A stretch of 64,000 nucleotides of DNA from the human T2T-CHM13v2.0 reference genome, Homo sapiens: the NCBI RefSeq assembly GCF_009914755.1, contig NC_060942.1; one strand, given 5' to 3'. The translations under genes and the position numbers were made by a program. Shown piece after piece: positions 53,001 to 64,000 of this stretch (position 1 is its first letter; each line of letters begins with the position of its first letter). The notes under the pieces are model-generated. The model did no database searches, had not been told where the DNA came from, and was given only the letters and a program-made list of their open reading frames with translations.

Positions 53001-54086
53001 TAGAGCAGTTTTGAAATGGTCTTTTTGTGGAATCTGCAAGTGGATATTTGGCTAGTTTTGAGGATTTCGTTGGAAGCGGGAATTCATACAAATTGCAGAC
53101 TGCAGCGTTCTGAGAAACATCTTTGTGATGTTTGTATTCAGGACACAGAGTTGAACATTCCCTGTCATAGAGCAGGTTGGAATCACTCCTTTTGTAGTAT
53201 CTGGAAGTGGACATTTGGAGCGCTTTCAGGCCTATTTTGGAAAGGGAAATATCTTCCCATAACAACTATGCAGAAGCATTCTCAGAAACTTGTTTGTGAT
53301 GTGTGCCCTCTACTGACAGAGTTGAACCTTTCTTTTCATAGAGCAGTTTTGAAACACTCTTTTTGTAGAATCTGCAAGAGGATATTTGCATAGCTTTGAG
53401 GATTTCGTGGGAAACGGGATTGTCTTCAGGTAAAATCTAGACAGAAGCATTCTCAGAAACTTCTTTGGGATGTTTGCATTCAAGTCACAGAGTAGAACAT
53501 TCCCTTTGGTAGAGCAGGTTTCAAACACTCTTTTTGTAGTATCTGGAAGTGGACATTTGGAGCGCTTTCAGGCCCATGTTGGAAAGGGAAATATCTTCCC
53601 GTAACAACTAGGCAGAAGCATTCTCAGAAACTTATTTGAGATGTGTGTACTCAACTAAGAGAATTGAACCACCGTTTTGAAGGCGCAGTTTTGAAACACT
53701 CTTTTTCTGGAATCTGCAAGAGTATATTTGCCTAGCCTTGACGATTTCGTTGGAAACGGGATTGTCTTCAGATAAAATCTAGACAGAAGCATTCTCAGAA
53801 ACTTCTTTGGGATGTTTGCATTCAAGTCACAGAGTAGAACATTCCCTTTGGTAGAGCAGGTTTGAAACACTCTTTTTTTAGTATATGGAAGTGGACATTT
53901 GGAGCGCTTTCAGGCCTACGTTGGAAAAGGAAATATCTTCCCATAACAACTAGACAGAAGCATTCTCAGAAACTAGTTTCTGATGTGTGTCCTCAACTAA
54001 CACAGTTGAACTTTTCTTTAGACAGAACAGTTTTGAAACACTCTTTTTGTGGAATCTGCAAGTGGATATTTGGCTAGATTTGAGGA
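50017..54086 (+). repeat. Two 12-mer HOR units (2035 bp, A-B-E-B'-C-D)
   Basis: A boxes at 50017, 52052, 54087. E dimer present (CTGCTTTCTGATG, CAAGTCAAAAGTTG, TTATGCTGTATCTAC). Confidence 0.95.
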
Positions 54087-55446
54087 TTTCGTTGGAAACG
54101 GGATTACATATAAAAAGCAGACAGCAGCATTCTCAGAAAGTTCTTTGTGATGATTGCATTCAAGTCACAGAATTGAACATTCCCTTTCACAGAGCAGGTT
54201 TGAGACACTCTTTTTGTAGTGTGTGTAAGTGGACATTTGGGGCGCTTTCCGGCCTAAGGTGAAAAAGGAAATATCTTCCCATAAAAACTAGACAGAAGCA
54301 TTCTCAGAAACTTACTCGTGATGTGTGTCCTCAACTAAAGGAGTAGAACCTTTCTATTCATAGAGAAGTTTTGAAACGCTCTTTTTGTGGAATCTCCAAG
54401 TGGATATTTGGCTAGTTTTGAGGATTTCGTTGGAAGCGGGAATTCATACAAATTGCAGACTGCAGCGTTCTGAGAAACATCTTTGTGATGTTTGTATTCA
54501 GGACACAGAGTTGAACATTCCCTATCATAGAGCAGGTTGGAATCACTCCTTTTGTAGTATCTGGAAGTGGACATTTGGAGCGCTTTCAGGCCTATTTTGG
54601 AAAGGGAAATATCTTCCCGTAACAACTATGCAGAAGCATTCTCAGAAACTTGTTTGTAATGTGTGCCCTCTACTGACAGAGTTGAACCTTTCTTTTCATA
54701 GAGCAGTTTTGAAACACTCTTTTTGTAGAATCTGCAAGAGGATATTTGCATAGCTTTGAGGATTTCGTGGGAAACGGGATTGTCTTCCGGTAAAATCTAG
54801 ACAGAAGCATTCTCAGAAACTTCTTTGGGATGTTTGCATTCAAGTCACAGAGTAGAACATTCCCTTTGGTAGAGCAGGTTTGAAACACTCTTTTTGTAGT
54901 ATCTGGAAGTGGACATTTGGAGCGCTTTCAGGCCCATGTTGGAAAGGGAAATATCTTCCCGTAACAACTAGGCAGAAGCATTCTCAGAAACTTATTTGAG
55001 ATGTGTGTACTCAACTAAGAGAATTGAACCACCGTTTTGAAGGAGCAGTTTTGAAACACTCTTTTTCTGGAATCTGCAAGAGTATATTTGCCTAGCCTTG
55101 AGGATTTCTTTGGAAACGGGATTGTCTTCAGAGAAAATCTAGACAGAAGCATTCTCAGAAACTTCTTTGGGATGTTTGCATTCAAGTCACAGAGTAGAAC
55201 ATTCCCTTTGGTAGAGCAGGTTTGAAACACTCTTTTTTTAGTATATGGAAGTGGACATTTGGAGCGCTTTCAGGCCTACGTTGGAAAAGGAAATATCTTC
55301 CCATAACAACTAGACAGAAGCATTCTCAGAAACTAGTTTCTGATGTGTGTCCTCAACTAACACAGTTGAACATTTCTTTAGACAGAACAGTTTTGAAACA
55401 CTCTTTTTGTGGAATCTGCAAGTGGCTATTTGGCTAGATTTGAGGA
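54087..55446 (+). repeat. Isolated chimeric 8-mer within the 12-mer domain
   Basis: 1360 bp between A boxes. It has 8-mer alleles upstream of the B box and a B'-type tail (CCTATTTTGG..AACTATGCAG) downstream. Confidence 0.9.
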
Positions 55447-58400
55447 TTTCGTTGGAAACGGGATTACATATAAAAAGCAGTCAGCAGCATTCTCAGAAAG
55501 TTCTTTGTGATGATTGCATTCAAGTCACAGAATTGAACATTCCCTTTCACAGAGCAGGTTTGAAACACTCTTTTTGTAGTGTGTGTAAGTGGACATTTGG
55601 AGCACTTACCGGCCTAAGGTGAAAAAGGAAATATCTTCCCATAAAAACTAGACAGAAGCATTCTCAGAAACTTACTCGTGATGTGTGTCCTCAACTAAAG
55701 GAGTAGAACCTTTCTTTTCATAGAGAAGGTTTGAAACGCTCTTTTTGTGGAATCTGCAAGTGGATATTTGGCTAGTTTTGAGGATTTCGTTGGAAGCGGG
55801 AATTCATACAAATTGCAGACTGCAGTGTTCTGAGAAACATCTTTGTGATGTTTGTATTCAGGACACAGAGTTGAACATTCCCTATCATAGAGCAGGTTTG
55901 AATCACTCCTTTTGTAGTATCTGGAAGTGGACATTTGGAGCGCTTTCAGGCCTATGTTGGAAAAGGAAATATCTTCCCATAACAACTAGACAGAAGCATT
56001 CTCAGAAACTTATTTGAGATGTGTGTACTCAACTAAGAGAATTGAACCACCGTTTTGAAGGAGCAGTTTTGAAACACTCTTTTTCTGGAATCTGCAAGTG
56101 GATATTTGGCTAGCTTTGGGGATTTCGCTGGAAGCGGGAATACATATAAAAAGCACACAGCAGCGTTCTGAGAAACTGCTTTCTGATGTTTGCATTCAAG
56201 TCAAAAGTTGAACACTCCCTTTCATAGAGCAGTCTTGAAACACCCCTTTTGTAGTATCTGGAACTGGACTTTTGGAGCGATTTCAGGGCTAAGGTGAAAA
56301 AGGAAATATCTTCCCATAAAAACTGGACAGAAGCATTCTCAGAAACTTGTTTATGCTGTATCTACTCAACTAACAAAGTTGAACCTTTCTTTTGATAGAG
56401 CAGTTTTGAAATGGTCTTTTTGTGGAATCTGCAAGTGGATATTTGGCTAGTTTTGAGGATTTCGTTGGAAGCGGGAATTCATACAAATTGCAGACTGCAG
56501 CGTTCTGAGAAACATCTTTGTGATGTTTGTATTCAGGACACAGAGTTGAACATTCCCTATCATAGAGCAGGTTGGAATCACTCCTTTTGTAGTATCTGGA
56601 AGTGGACATTTGGAGCGCTTTCAGGCCTATTTTGGAAAGAGAAATATCTTCCCGTAACAACTATGCAGAAGCATTCTCAGAAACTTGTTTGTGATGTGTG
56701 CCCTCTACTGACAGAGTTGAACCTTTCTTTTCATAGAGCAGTTTTGAAACACTCTTTTTGTAGAATCTGCAAGAGGATATTTGCATAGCTTTGAGGATTT
56801 CGTGGGAAACGGGATTGTCTTCAGGTAAAATCTAGACAGAAGCATTCTCAGAAACTTCTTTGGGATGTTTGCATTCAAGTCACAGAGTAGAACATTCCCT
56901 TTGGTAGAGCAGGTTTGAAACACTCTTTTTGTAGTATCTGGAAGTGGACATTTGGAGCGCTTTCAGGCCCATGTTGGAAAGGGAAATATCTTCCCGTAAC
57001 AACTAGGCAGAAGCATTCTCAGAAACTTATTTGAGATGTGTGTACTCAACTAAGAGAATTGAACCACCGTTTTGAAGGAGCAGTTTTGAAACACTCTTTT
57101 TCTGGAATCTGCAAGAGTATATTTGCCTAGCCTTGAGGATTTCGTTGGAAACGGGATTGTCTTCAGAGAAAATCTAGACAGAAGCATTCTCAGAACCTTC
57201 TTTGGGATGTTTGCATTCAAGTCACAGAGTAGAACATTCCCTTTGTTAGAGCAGGTTTGAAACACTCTTTTTTTAGTATATGGAAGTGGACATTTGGAGC
57301 GCTTTCAGGCCTACGTTGGAAAAGGAAATATCTTCCCATAACAACTAGACAGAAGCATTCTCAGAAACTAGTTTCTGATGTGTGTCCTCAACTAACACAG
57401 TTGAACATTTCTTTAGACAGAACAGTTTTGAAACACTCTTTTTGTGGAATCTGCAAGTGGCTATTTGGCTAGATTTGAGGATTTCGTTGGAAACGGGATT
57501 ACATATAAAAAGCAGTCAGCAGCATTCTCAGAAAGTTCTTTGTGATGATTGCATTCAAGTCACAGAATTGAACATTCCCTTTCACAGAGCAGGTTTGAAA
57601 CACTCTTTTTGTAGTGTGTGTAAGTGGACATTTGGAGCACTTACCGGCCTAAGGTGAAAAAGGAAATATCTTCCCATAAAAACTAGACAGAAGCATTCTC
57701 AGAAACTTACTCGTGATGTGTGTCCTCAACTAAAGGAGTAGAACCTTTCCTTTCATAGAGAAGGTTTGAAACGCTCTTTTTGTGGAATCTGCAAGTGGAT
57801 ATTTGGCTAGTTTTGAGGATTTCGTTGGAAGCGGGAATTCATACAAATTGCAGACTGCAGTGTTCTGAGAAACATCTTTGTGATGTTTGTATTCAGGACA
57901 CAGAGTTGAACATTCCCTATCATAGAGCAGGTTTGAATCACTCCTTTTGTAGTATCTGGAAGTGGACATGTGGAGCGCTTTCAGGCCTATGTTGGAAAAG
58001 GAAATATCTTCCCATAACAACTAGACAGAAGCATTCTCAGAAACTTATTTGAGATGTGTGTACTCAACTAAGAGAATTGAACCACCGTTTTGAAGGAGCA
58101 GTTTTGAAACTCTCTTTTTCTGGAATCTGCAAGTGGATATTTGGCTAGCTTTGGGGATTTCGCTGGAAGCGGGAATACATATAAAAAGCACACAGCAGCG
58201 TTCTGAGAAACTGCTTTCTGATGTTTGCATTCAAGTCAAAAGTTGAACACTCCCTTTCATAGAGCAGTCTTGAAACACCCCTTTTGTAGTATCTGGAACT
58301 GGACTTTTGGAGCGATTTCAGGGCTAAGGTGAAAAAGGAAATATCTTCCCATAAAAACTGGACAGAAGCATTCTCAGAAACTGGTTTATGCTGTATCTAC

Positions 58401-61400
58401 TCAACTAACAAAGTTGAACCTTTCTTTTGATAGAGCAGTTTTGAAATGGTCTTTTTGTGGAATCTGCAAGTGGATATTTGGCTAGTTTTGAGGATTTCGT
58501 TGGAAGCGGGAATTCATACAAATTGCAGACTGCAGCGTTCTGAGAAACATCCTTGTGATGTTTGTATTCAGAACACAGAGTTGAACATTCCCTATCATAG
58601 AGCAGGTTGGAATCACTCCTTTTGTAGTATCTGGAAGTGGACATTTGGAGCGCTTTCAGGCCTATTTTGGAAAGGGAAATATCTTCCCGTAAAACTATGC
58701 AGAAGCATTCTCAGAAACTTGTTTGTGATGTGTGCCCTCTACTGACAGAGTTGAACCTTTCTTTTCATAGAGCAGTTTTGACACACTTTTTTTTCAGAAT
58801 CTGCAAGAGGATATTTGCATAGCTTTCAGGATTTCGTGGGAAACGGGATTGTCTTCAGGTAAAATCTAGACAGAAGCATTCTCAGAAACTTCTTTGGGAT
58901 GTTTGCATTCAAGTCACAGAGTAGAACATTCCCTTTGGTAGAGCAGGTTTGAAACACTCTTTTTGTAGTATCTGGAAATGGACATTTGGAGCGCTTACAG
59001 GCCCATGTTGGAAAGGGAAATATCTTCCCGTAACAACTAGGCAGAAGCATTCTCAGAAACTTATTTGAGATGTGTGTACTCAACTAAGAGAATTGAACCA
59101 CCGTTTTGAAGGAGCAGTTTTGAAACACTCTTTTTCTGGAATCTGCAAGAGTATATTTGCCTAGCCTTGAGGATTTCGTTGGAAACGGGATTGTCTTCAG
59201 AGAAAATCTAGACAGAAGCATTCTCAGAAACTTCTTTGGGATGTTTGCATTCAAGTCACAGAGTAGAACACTTCCTTTGGTAGAGCAGGTTTCAAACACT
59301 CTTTTTGTAGTATCTGGAAGTGGACATTTGGAGCGCTTTCAGGCCTACGTTGGAAAAGGAAATATCTTCCCATAACAACTAGACAGAAGCATTCTCAGAA
59401 ACTAGTTTCTGATGTGTGTCCTCAACTAACACAGTTGAACATTTCTTTAGACAGAACAGTTTTGAAACACTCTTTTTGTGGAATCTGCAAGTGGCTATTT
59501 GGCTAGATTTGAGGATTTCGTTGGAAACGGGATTACATATAAAAAGCAGTCAGCAGCATTCTCAGAAAGTTCTTTGTGATGATTGCATTCAAGTCACAGA
59601 ATTGAACATTCCCTTTCACAGAGCAGGTTTGAAACACTCTTTTTGTAGTGTGTGTAAGTGGACATTTGGAGCACTTACTGGCCTAAGGTGAAAAAGGAAA
59701 TATCTTCCCATAAAAACTAGACAGAAGCATTCTCAGAAACTTACTCGTGATGTGTGTCCTCAACTAAAGGAGTAGAACCTTTCTTTTCATAGAGAAGTTT
59801 TGATACGCTCTTTTTGTGGAATCTGCAAGTGGATATTTGGCTAGTTTTGAGGATTTCGTTGGAAGCGGGAATTCATACAAATTGCAGACTGCAGCGTTCT
59901 GAGAAACATCTTTGTGATGTTTGTATTCAGGACACAGAGTTGAACATTCCCTATCATAGAGCAGGTTTGAATCACTCCTTTTGTAGTATCTGGAAGTGGA
60001 CATTTGGAGTGCTTTCAGGCCTATGTTGGAAAAGGAAATATCTTCCCATAACAACTAGACAGAAGCATTCTCAGAAACTTATTTGAGATGTGTGTACTCA
60101 ACTAAGAGAATTGAACCACCGTTTTGAAGGAGCAGTTTTGAAACACTCTTTTTCTGGAATCTGCAAGTGGATATTTGGCTAGCTTTGGGGATTTCGCTGG
60201 AAGCGGGAATACATATAAAAAGCACACAGCAGCGTTCTGAGAAACTGCTTTCTGATGTTTGCATTCAAGTCAAAAGTTGAACACTCCCTTTCATAGAGCA
60301 GTCTTGAAACACCCCTTTTGTAGTATCTGGAACTGGACTTTTGGAGCGATTTCAGGGCTAAGGTGAAAAAGGAAATATCTTCCCATAAAAACTGGACAGA
60401 AGCATTCTCAGAAACTTGTTTATGCTGTATCTACTCAACTAACAAAGTTGAACCTTTCTTTTGATAGAGCAGTTTTGAAATGGTCTTTTTGTGGAATCTG
60501 CAAGTGGATATTTGGCTAGTTTTGAGGATTTCGTTGGAAGCGGGAATTCATACAAATTGCAGACTGCAGCGTTCTGAGAAACATCTTTGTGATGTTTGTA
60601 TTCAGGACACAGAGTTGAACATTCCCTATCATAGAGCAGGTTGGAATCACTCCTTTTGTAGTATCTGGAAGTGGACATTTGGAGCGCTTTCAGGCCTATT
60701 TTGGAAAGGGAAATATCTTCCCGTAACAACTATGCAGAAGCATTCTCAGAAACTTGTTTGTGATGTGTGCCCTCTACTGACAGAATTGAACCTTTCTTTT
60801 CATAGAGCAGTTTTGAAACACTCTTTTTGTAGAATCTGCAAGAGGATATTTGCATAGCTTTGAGGATTTCGTGGGAAACGGGATTGTCTTCAGGTAAAAT
60901 CTAGACAGAAGCATTCTCAGAAACTTCTTTGGGATGTTTGCATTCAAGTCACAGAGTAGAACATTCCCTTTGGTAGAGCAGGTTTGAAACACTCTTTTTG
61001 TAGTATCTGGAAGTGGACATTTGGAGCGCTTTCAGGCCCATGTTGGAAAGGGAAATATCTTCCCGTAACAACTAGGCAGAAGCATTCTCAGAAACTTATT
61101 TGAGATGTGTGTACTCAACTAAGAGAATTGAACCACCCTTTTGAAGGAGCAGTTTTGAAACACTCTTTTTCTGGAATCTGCAAGAGTATATTTTCCTAGC
61201 CTTGAGGATTTCGTTGGAAACGGGATTGTCTTCAGAGAAAATCTAGACAGAAGCATTCTCAGAAACTTCTTTGGGATGTTTGCATTCAAGTCACAGAGTA
61301 GAACATTCCCTTTGGTAGAGCAGGTTTGAAACACTCTTTTTTTAGTATATGGAAGTGGACATTTGGAGCGCTTTCAGGCCTACGTTGGAAAAGGAAATAT

Positions 61401-64000
61401 CTTCCCATAACAACTAGACAGAAGCATTCTCAGAAACTAGTTTCTGATGTGTGTCCTCAACTAACACAGTTGAACATTTCTTTAGACAGAACAGTTTTGA
61501 AACACTCTTTTTGTGGAATCCGCAAGTGGCTATTTGGCTAGATTTGAGGATTTCGTTGGAAACGGGATTACATATAAAAAGCAGTCAGCAGCATTCTCAG
61601 AAAGTTCTTTGTCATGATTGCATTCAAGTCACAGAATTGAACATTCCCTTTCACAGAGCAGGTTTGAAACACTCTTTTTGTAGTGTGTGTAAGTGGACAT
61701 TTGGAGCACTTACCGGCCTAAGGTGAAAAAGGAAATATCTTCCCATAAAAACTAGACAGAAGCATTCTCAGAAACTTACTCGTGATGTGTGTCCTCAACT
61801 AAAGGAGTAGAACCTTTCTTTTCATAGAGAAGTTTTGAAACGCTCTTTTTGTGGAATCTGCAAGTGGATATTTGGCTAGTTTTGAGGATTTCGTTGGAAG
61901 CGGGAATTCATACAAATTGCAGACTGCAGCGTTCTGAGAAACATCTTTGTGATGTTTGTATTCAGGACACAGAGTTGAACATTCCCTATCAAAGAGCAGG
62001 TTTGAATCACTCCTTTTGTAGTATCTGGAAGTGGACATTTGGAGCGCTTTCAGGCCTATGTTGGAAAAGGAAATATCTTCCCATAACAACTAGACAGAAG
62101 CATTCTCAGAAACTTATTTGAGATGTGTGTACTCAACTAAGAGAATTGAACCACCGTTTTGAAGGAGCAGTTTTGAAACTCTCTTTTTCTGGAATCTGCA
62201 AGTGGATATTTGGCTAGCTTTGGGGATTTCGCTGGAAGCGGGAATACATATAAAAAGCACACAGCAGCGTTCTGAGAAACTGCTTTCTGATGTTTGCATT
62301 CAAGTCAAAAGTTGAACACTCCCTTTCATAGAGCAGTCTTGAAACACCCCTTTTGTAGTATCTGGAACTGGACTTTTGGAGCGATTTCAGGGCTAAGGTG
62401 AAAAAGGAAATATCTTCCCATAAAAACTGGACAGAAGCATTCTCAGAAACTTGTTTATGCTGTATCTACTCAACTAACAAAGTTGAACCTTTCTTTTGAT
62501 AGAGCAGTTTTGAAATGGTCTTTTTGTGGAATCTGGAAGTGGATATTTGGCTAGTTTTGAGGATTTCGTTGGAAGCGGGAATTCATACAAATTGCAGACT
62601 GCAGCGTTCTGAGAAACATCTTTGTGATGTTTGTATTCAGGACACAGAGTTGAACATTCCCTATCATAGAGCAGGTTGGAATCACTCCTTTTGTAGTATC
62701 TGGAAGTGGACATTTGTAGCGCTTTCAGGCCTATTTTGGAAAGGGAAATATCTTCCCGTAACAACTATGCAGAAGCATTCTCAGAAACTTGTTTGTGATG
62801 TGTGCCCTCTACTGACAGAGTTGAACCTTTCTTTTCATAGAGCAGTTTTGAAACACTCTTTTTGCAGAATCTGCAAGAGGATATTTGCATAGCTTTGAGG
62901 ATTTCGTGGGAAACGGGATTGTCTTCAGGTAAAATCTAGACAGAAGCATTCTCAGAAACTTCTTTGGGATGTTTGCATTCAAGTCACAGAGTAGAACATT
63001 CCCTTTGGTAGAGCAGGTTTGAAACACTCTTTTTGTAGTATCTGGAAGTGGACATTTGGAGCGCTTTCAGGCCCATGTTGGAAAGGGAAATATCTTCCCG
63101 TAACAACTAGGCAGAAGCATTCTCAGAAACTTATTTGAGATGTGTGTACTCAACTAAGAGAATTGAACCACCGTTTTGAAGGAGCAGTTTTGAAACACTC
63201 TTTTTCTGGAATCTGCAAGAGTATATTTGCCTAGCCTTGAGGATTTCGTTGGAAACGGGATTGTCTTCAGAGAAAATCTAGACAGAAGCATTCTCAGAAA
63301 CTTCTTTGGGATGTTTGCATTCAAGTCACAGAGTAGAACATTCCCTTTGGTAGAGCAGGTTTGAAACACTCTTTTTTTAGTATATGGAAGTGGACATTTG
63401 GAGCGCTTTCAGGCCTACGTTGGAAAAGGAAATATCTTCCCATAACAACTAGACAGAAGCATTCTCAGAAACTAGTTTCTGATGTGTGTCCTCAACTAAC
63501 ACAGTTGAACATTTCTTTAGACAGAACAGTTTTGAAACACTCTTTTTGTGGAATCTGCAAGTGGCTATTTGGCTAGATTTGAGGATTTCGTTGGAAACGG
63601 GATTACATATAAAAAGCAGTCAGCAGCATTCTCAGAAAGTTCTTTGTCATGATTGCATTCAAGTCACAGAATTGAACATTCCCTTTCACAGAGCAGGTTT
63701 GAAACACTCTTTTTGTAGTGTGTGTAAGTGGACATTTGGAGCACTTACCGGCCTAAGGTGAAAAAGGAAATATCTTCCCATAAAAACTAGACAGAAGCAT
63801 TCTCAGAAACTTACTCGTGATGTGTGTCCTCAACTAAAGGAGTAGAACCTTTCTTTTCATAGAGAAGTTTTGAAACGCTCTTTTTGTGGAATCTGCAAGT
63901 GGATATTTGGCTAGTTTTGAGGATTTCGTTGGAAGCGGGAATTCATACAAATTGCAGACTGCAGCGTTCTGAGAAACATCTTTGTGATGTTTGTATTCAG
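55447..64000 (+). repeat. Four complete 12-mer HOR units plus a partial unit
   Basis: A boxes at 55447, 57482, 59516, 61551, 63586 (spacings 2035, 2034, 2035, 2035). Confidence 0.95.

Larger units (their letters stand above)
1..64000 (+). repeat. Centromeric alpha-satellite HOR array (SF2 dimeric type; probably human chr18 D18Z1 / S2C18H1L)
   Basis: Continuous ~171-bp monomers with alphoid motifs (CATTCTCAGAAACT, TTTGAAACACTCTTTTTGT, GGAAATATCTTCCC) and a CENP-B box every 337-342 bp. Alpha-satellite identity is certain. The D18Z1 assignment rests on recalled 12-mer/8-mer sizes and 1.36/0.68-kb EcoRI periodicity (about 0.7 confidence). Confidence 0.98.

Noticed and set aside
15-63761. Numerous 60-125 aa ORFs on both strands
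   Set aside because: They recur with the HOR period, many start at TTG/GTG, and they open or close with random substitutions. They have no gene structure and are translations of satellite DNA. Database hits to such 'hypothetical proteins' would likely be human contamination.
1-64000. CRISPR-like regular repeats (conserved motif every ~170 bp)
   Set aside because: The intervening sequences are homologous monomer bodies rather than unique spacers, and there are no cas genes.
1-64000. Transposon (Alu/L1) insertion, inversion or unique island
   Set aside because: Dimer spacing and orientation are continuous end to end, with no poly(A), target-site duplication or non-alphoid sequence seen.

Overview
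The whole 64 kb window is uninterrupted, single-orientation primate (very likely human) centromeric alpha-satellite DNA. It consists of ~171-bp monomers in the dimeric pattern of suprachromosomal family 2 (SF2), with a CENP-B box in every second monomer. I see no genes, transposons, inversions or unique sequence, and all listed ORFs are by-products of the repeat. I labelled the dimers by their CENP-B-box context: A (..AAACGGGATTACATA), B and B' (..AAGCGGGAATTC), C (TTTCGTGGG..CAGGTAAAA), D (..GGGATTGTCTTCAGA) and E (TTTCGCTGGAAGCGGGAATAC). There are 44 complete higher-order repeat (HOR) units: 30 8-mers (A-B-C-D, ~1360 bp), 6 12-mers (A-B-E-B'-C-D, ~2035 bp), 3 4-mers (~676 bp), 4 10-mers with an extra C/D dimer (~1702 bp) and 1 10-mer lacking B (1697 bp). 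The window spans a domain boundary: an 8-mer domain (1-33 kb), a zone rich in structural variants and damaged CENP-B boxes (33-50 kb), and a 12-mer domain (50-64 kb). The 12-mer/8-mer pair fits the chromosome 18 live array D18Z1 (S2C18H1L); this is from recall, not from an alignment. I found no new biological system. The interest lies in the readable recombination history: mappable deletion junctions, recent tandem and long-range block duplications, and HOR haplotypes.
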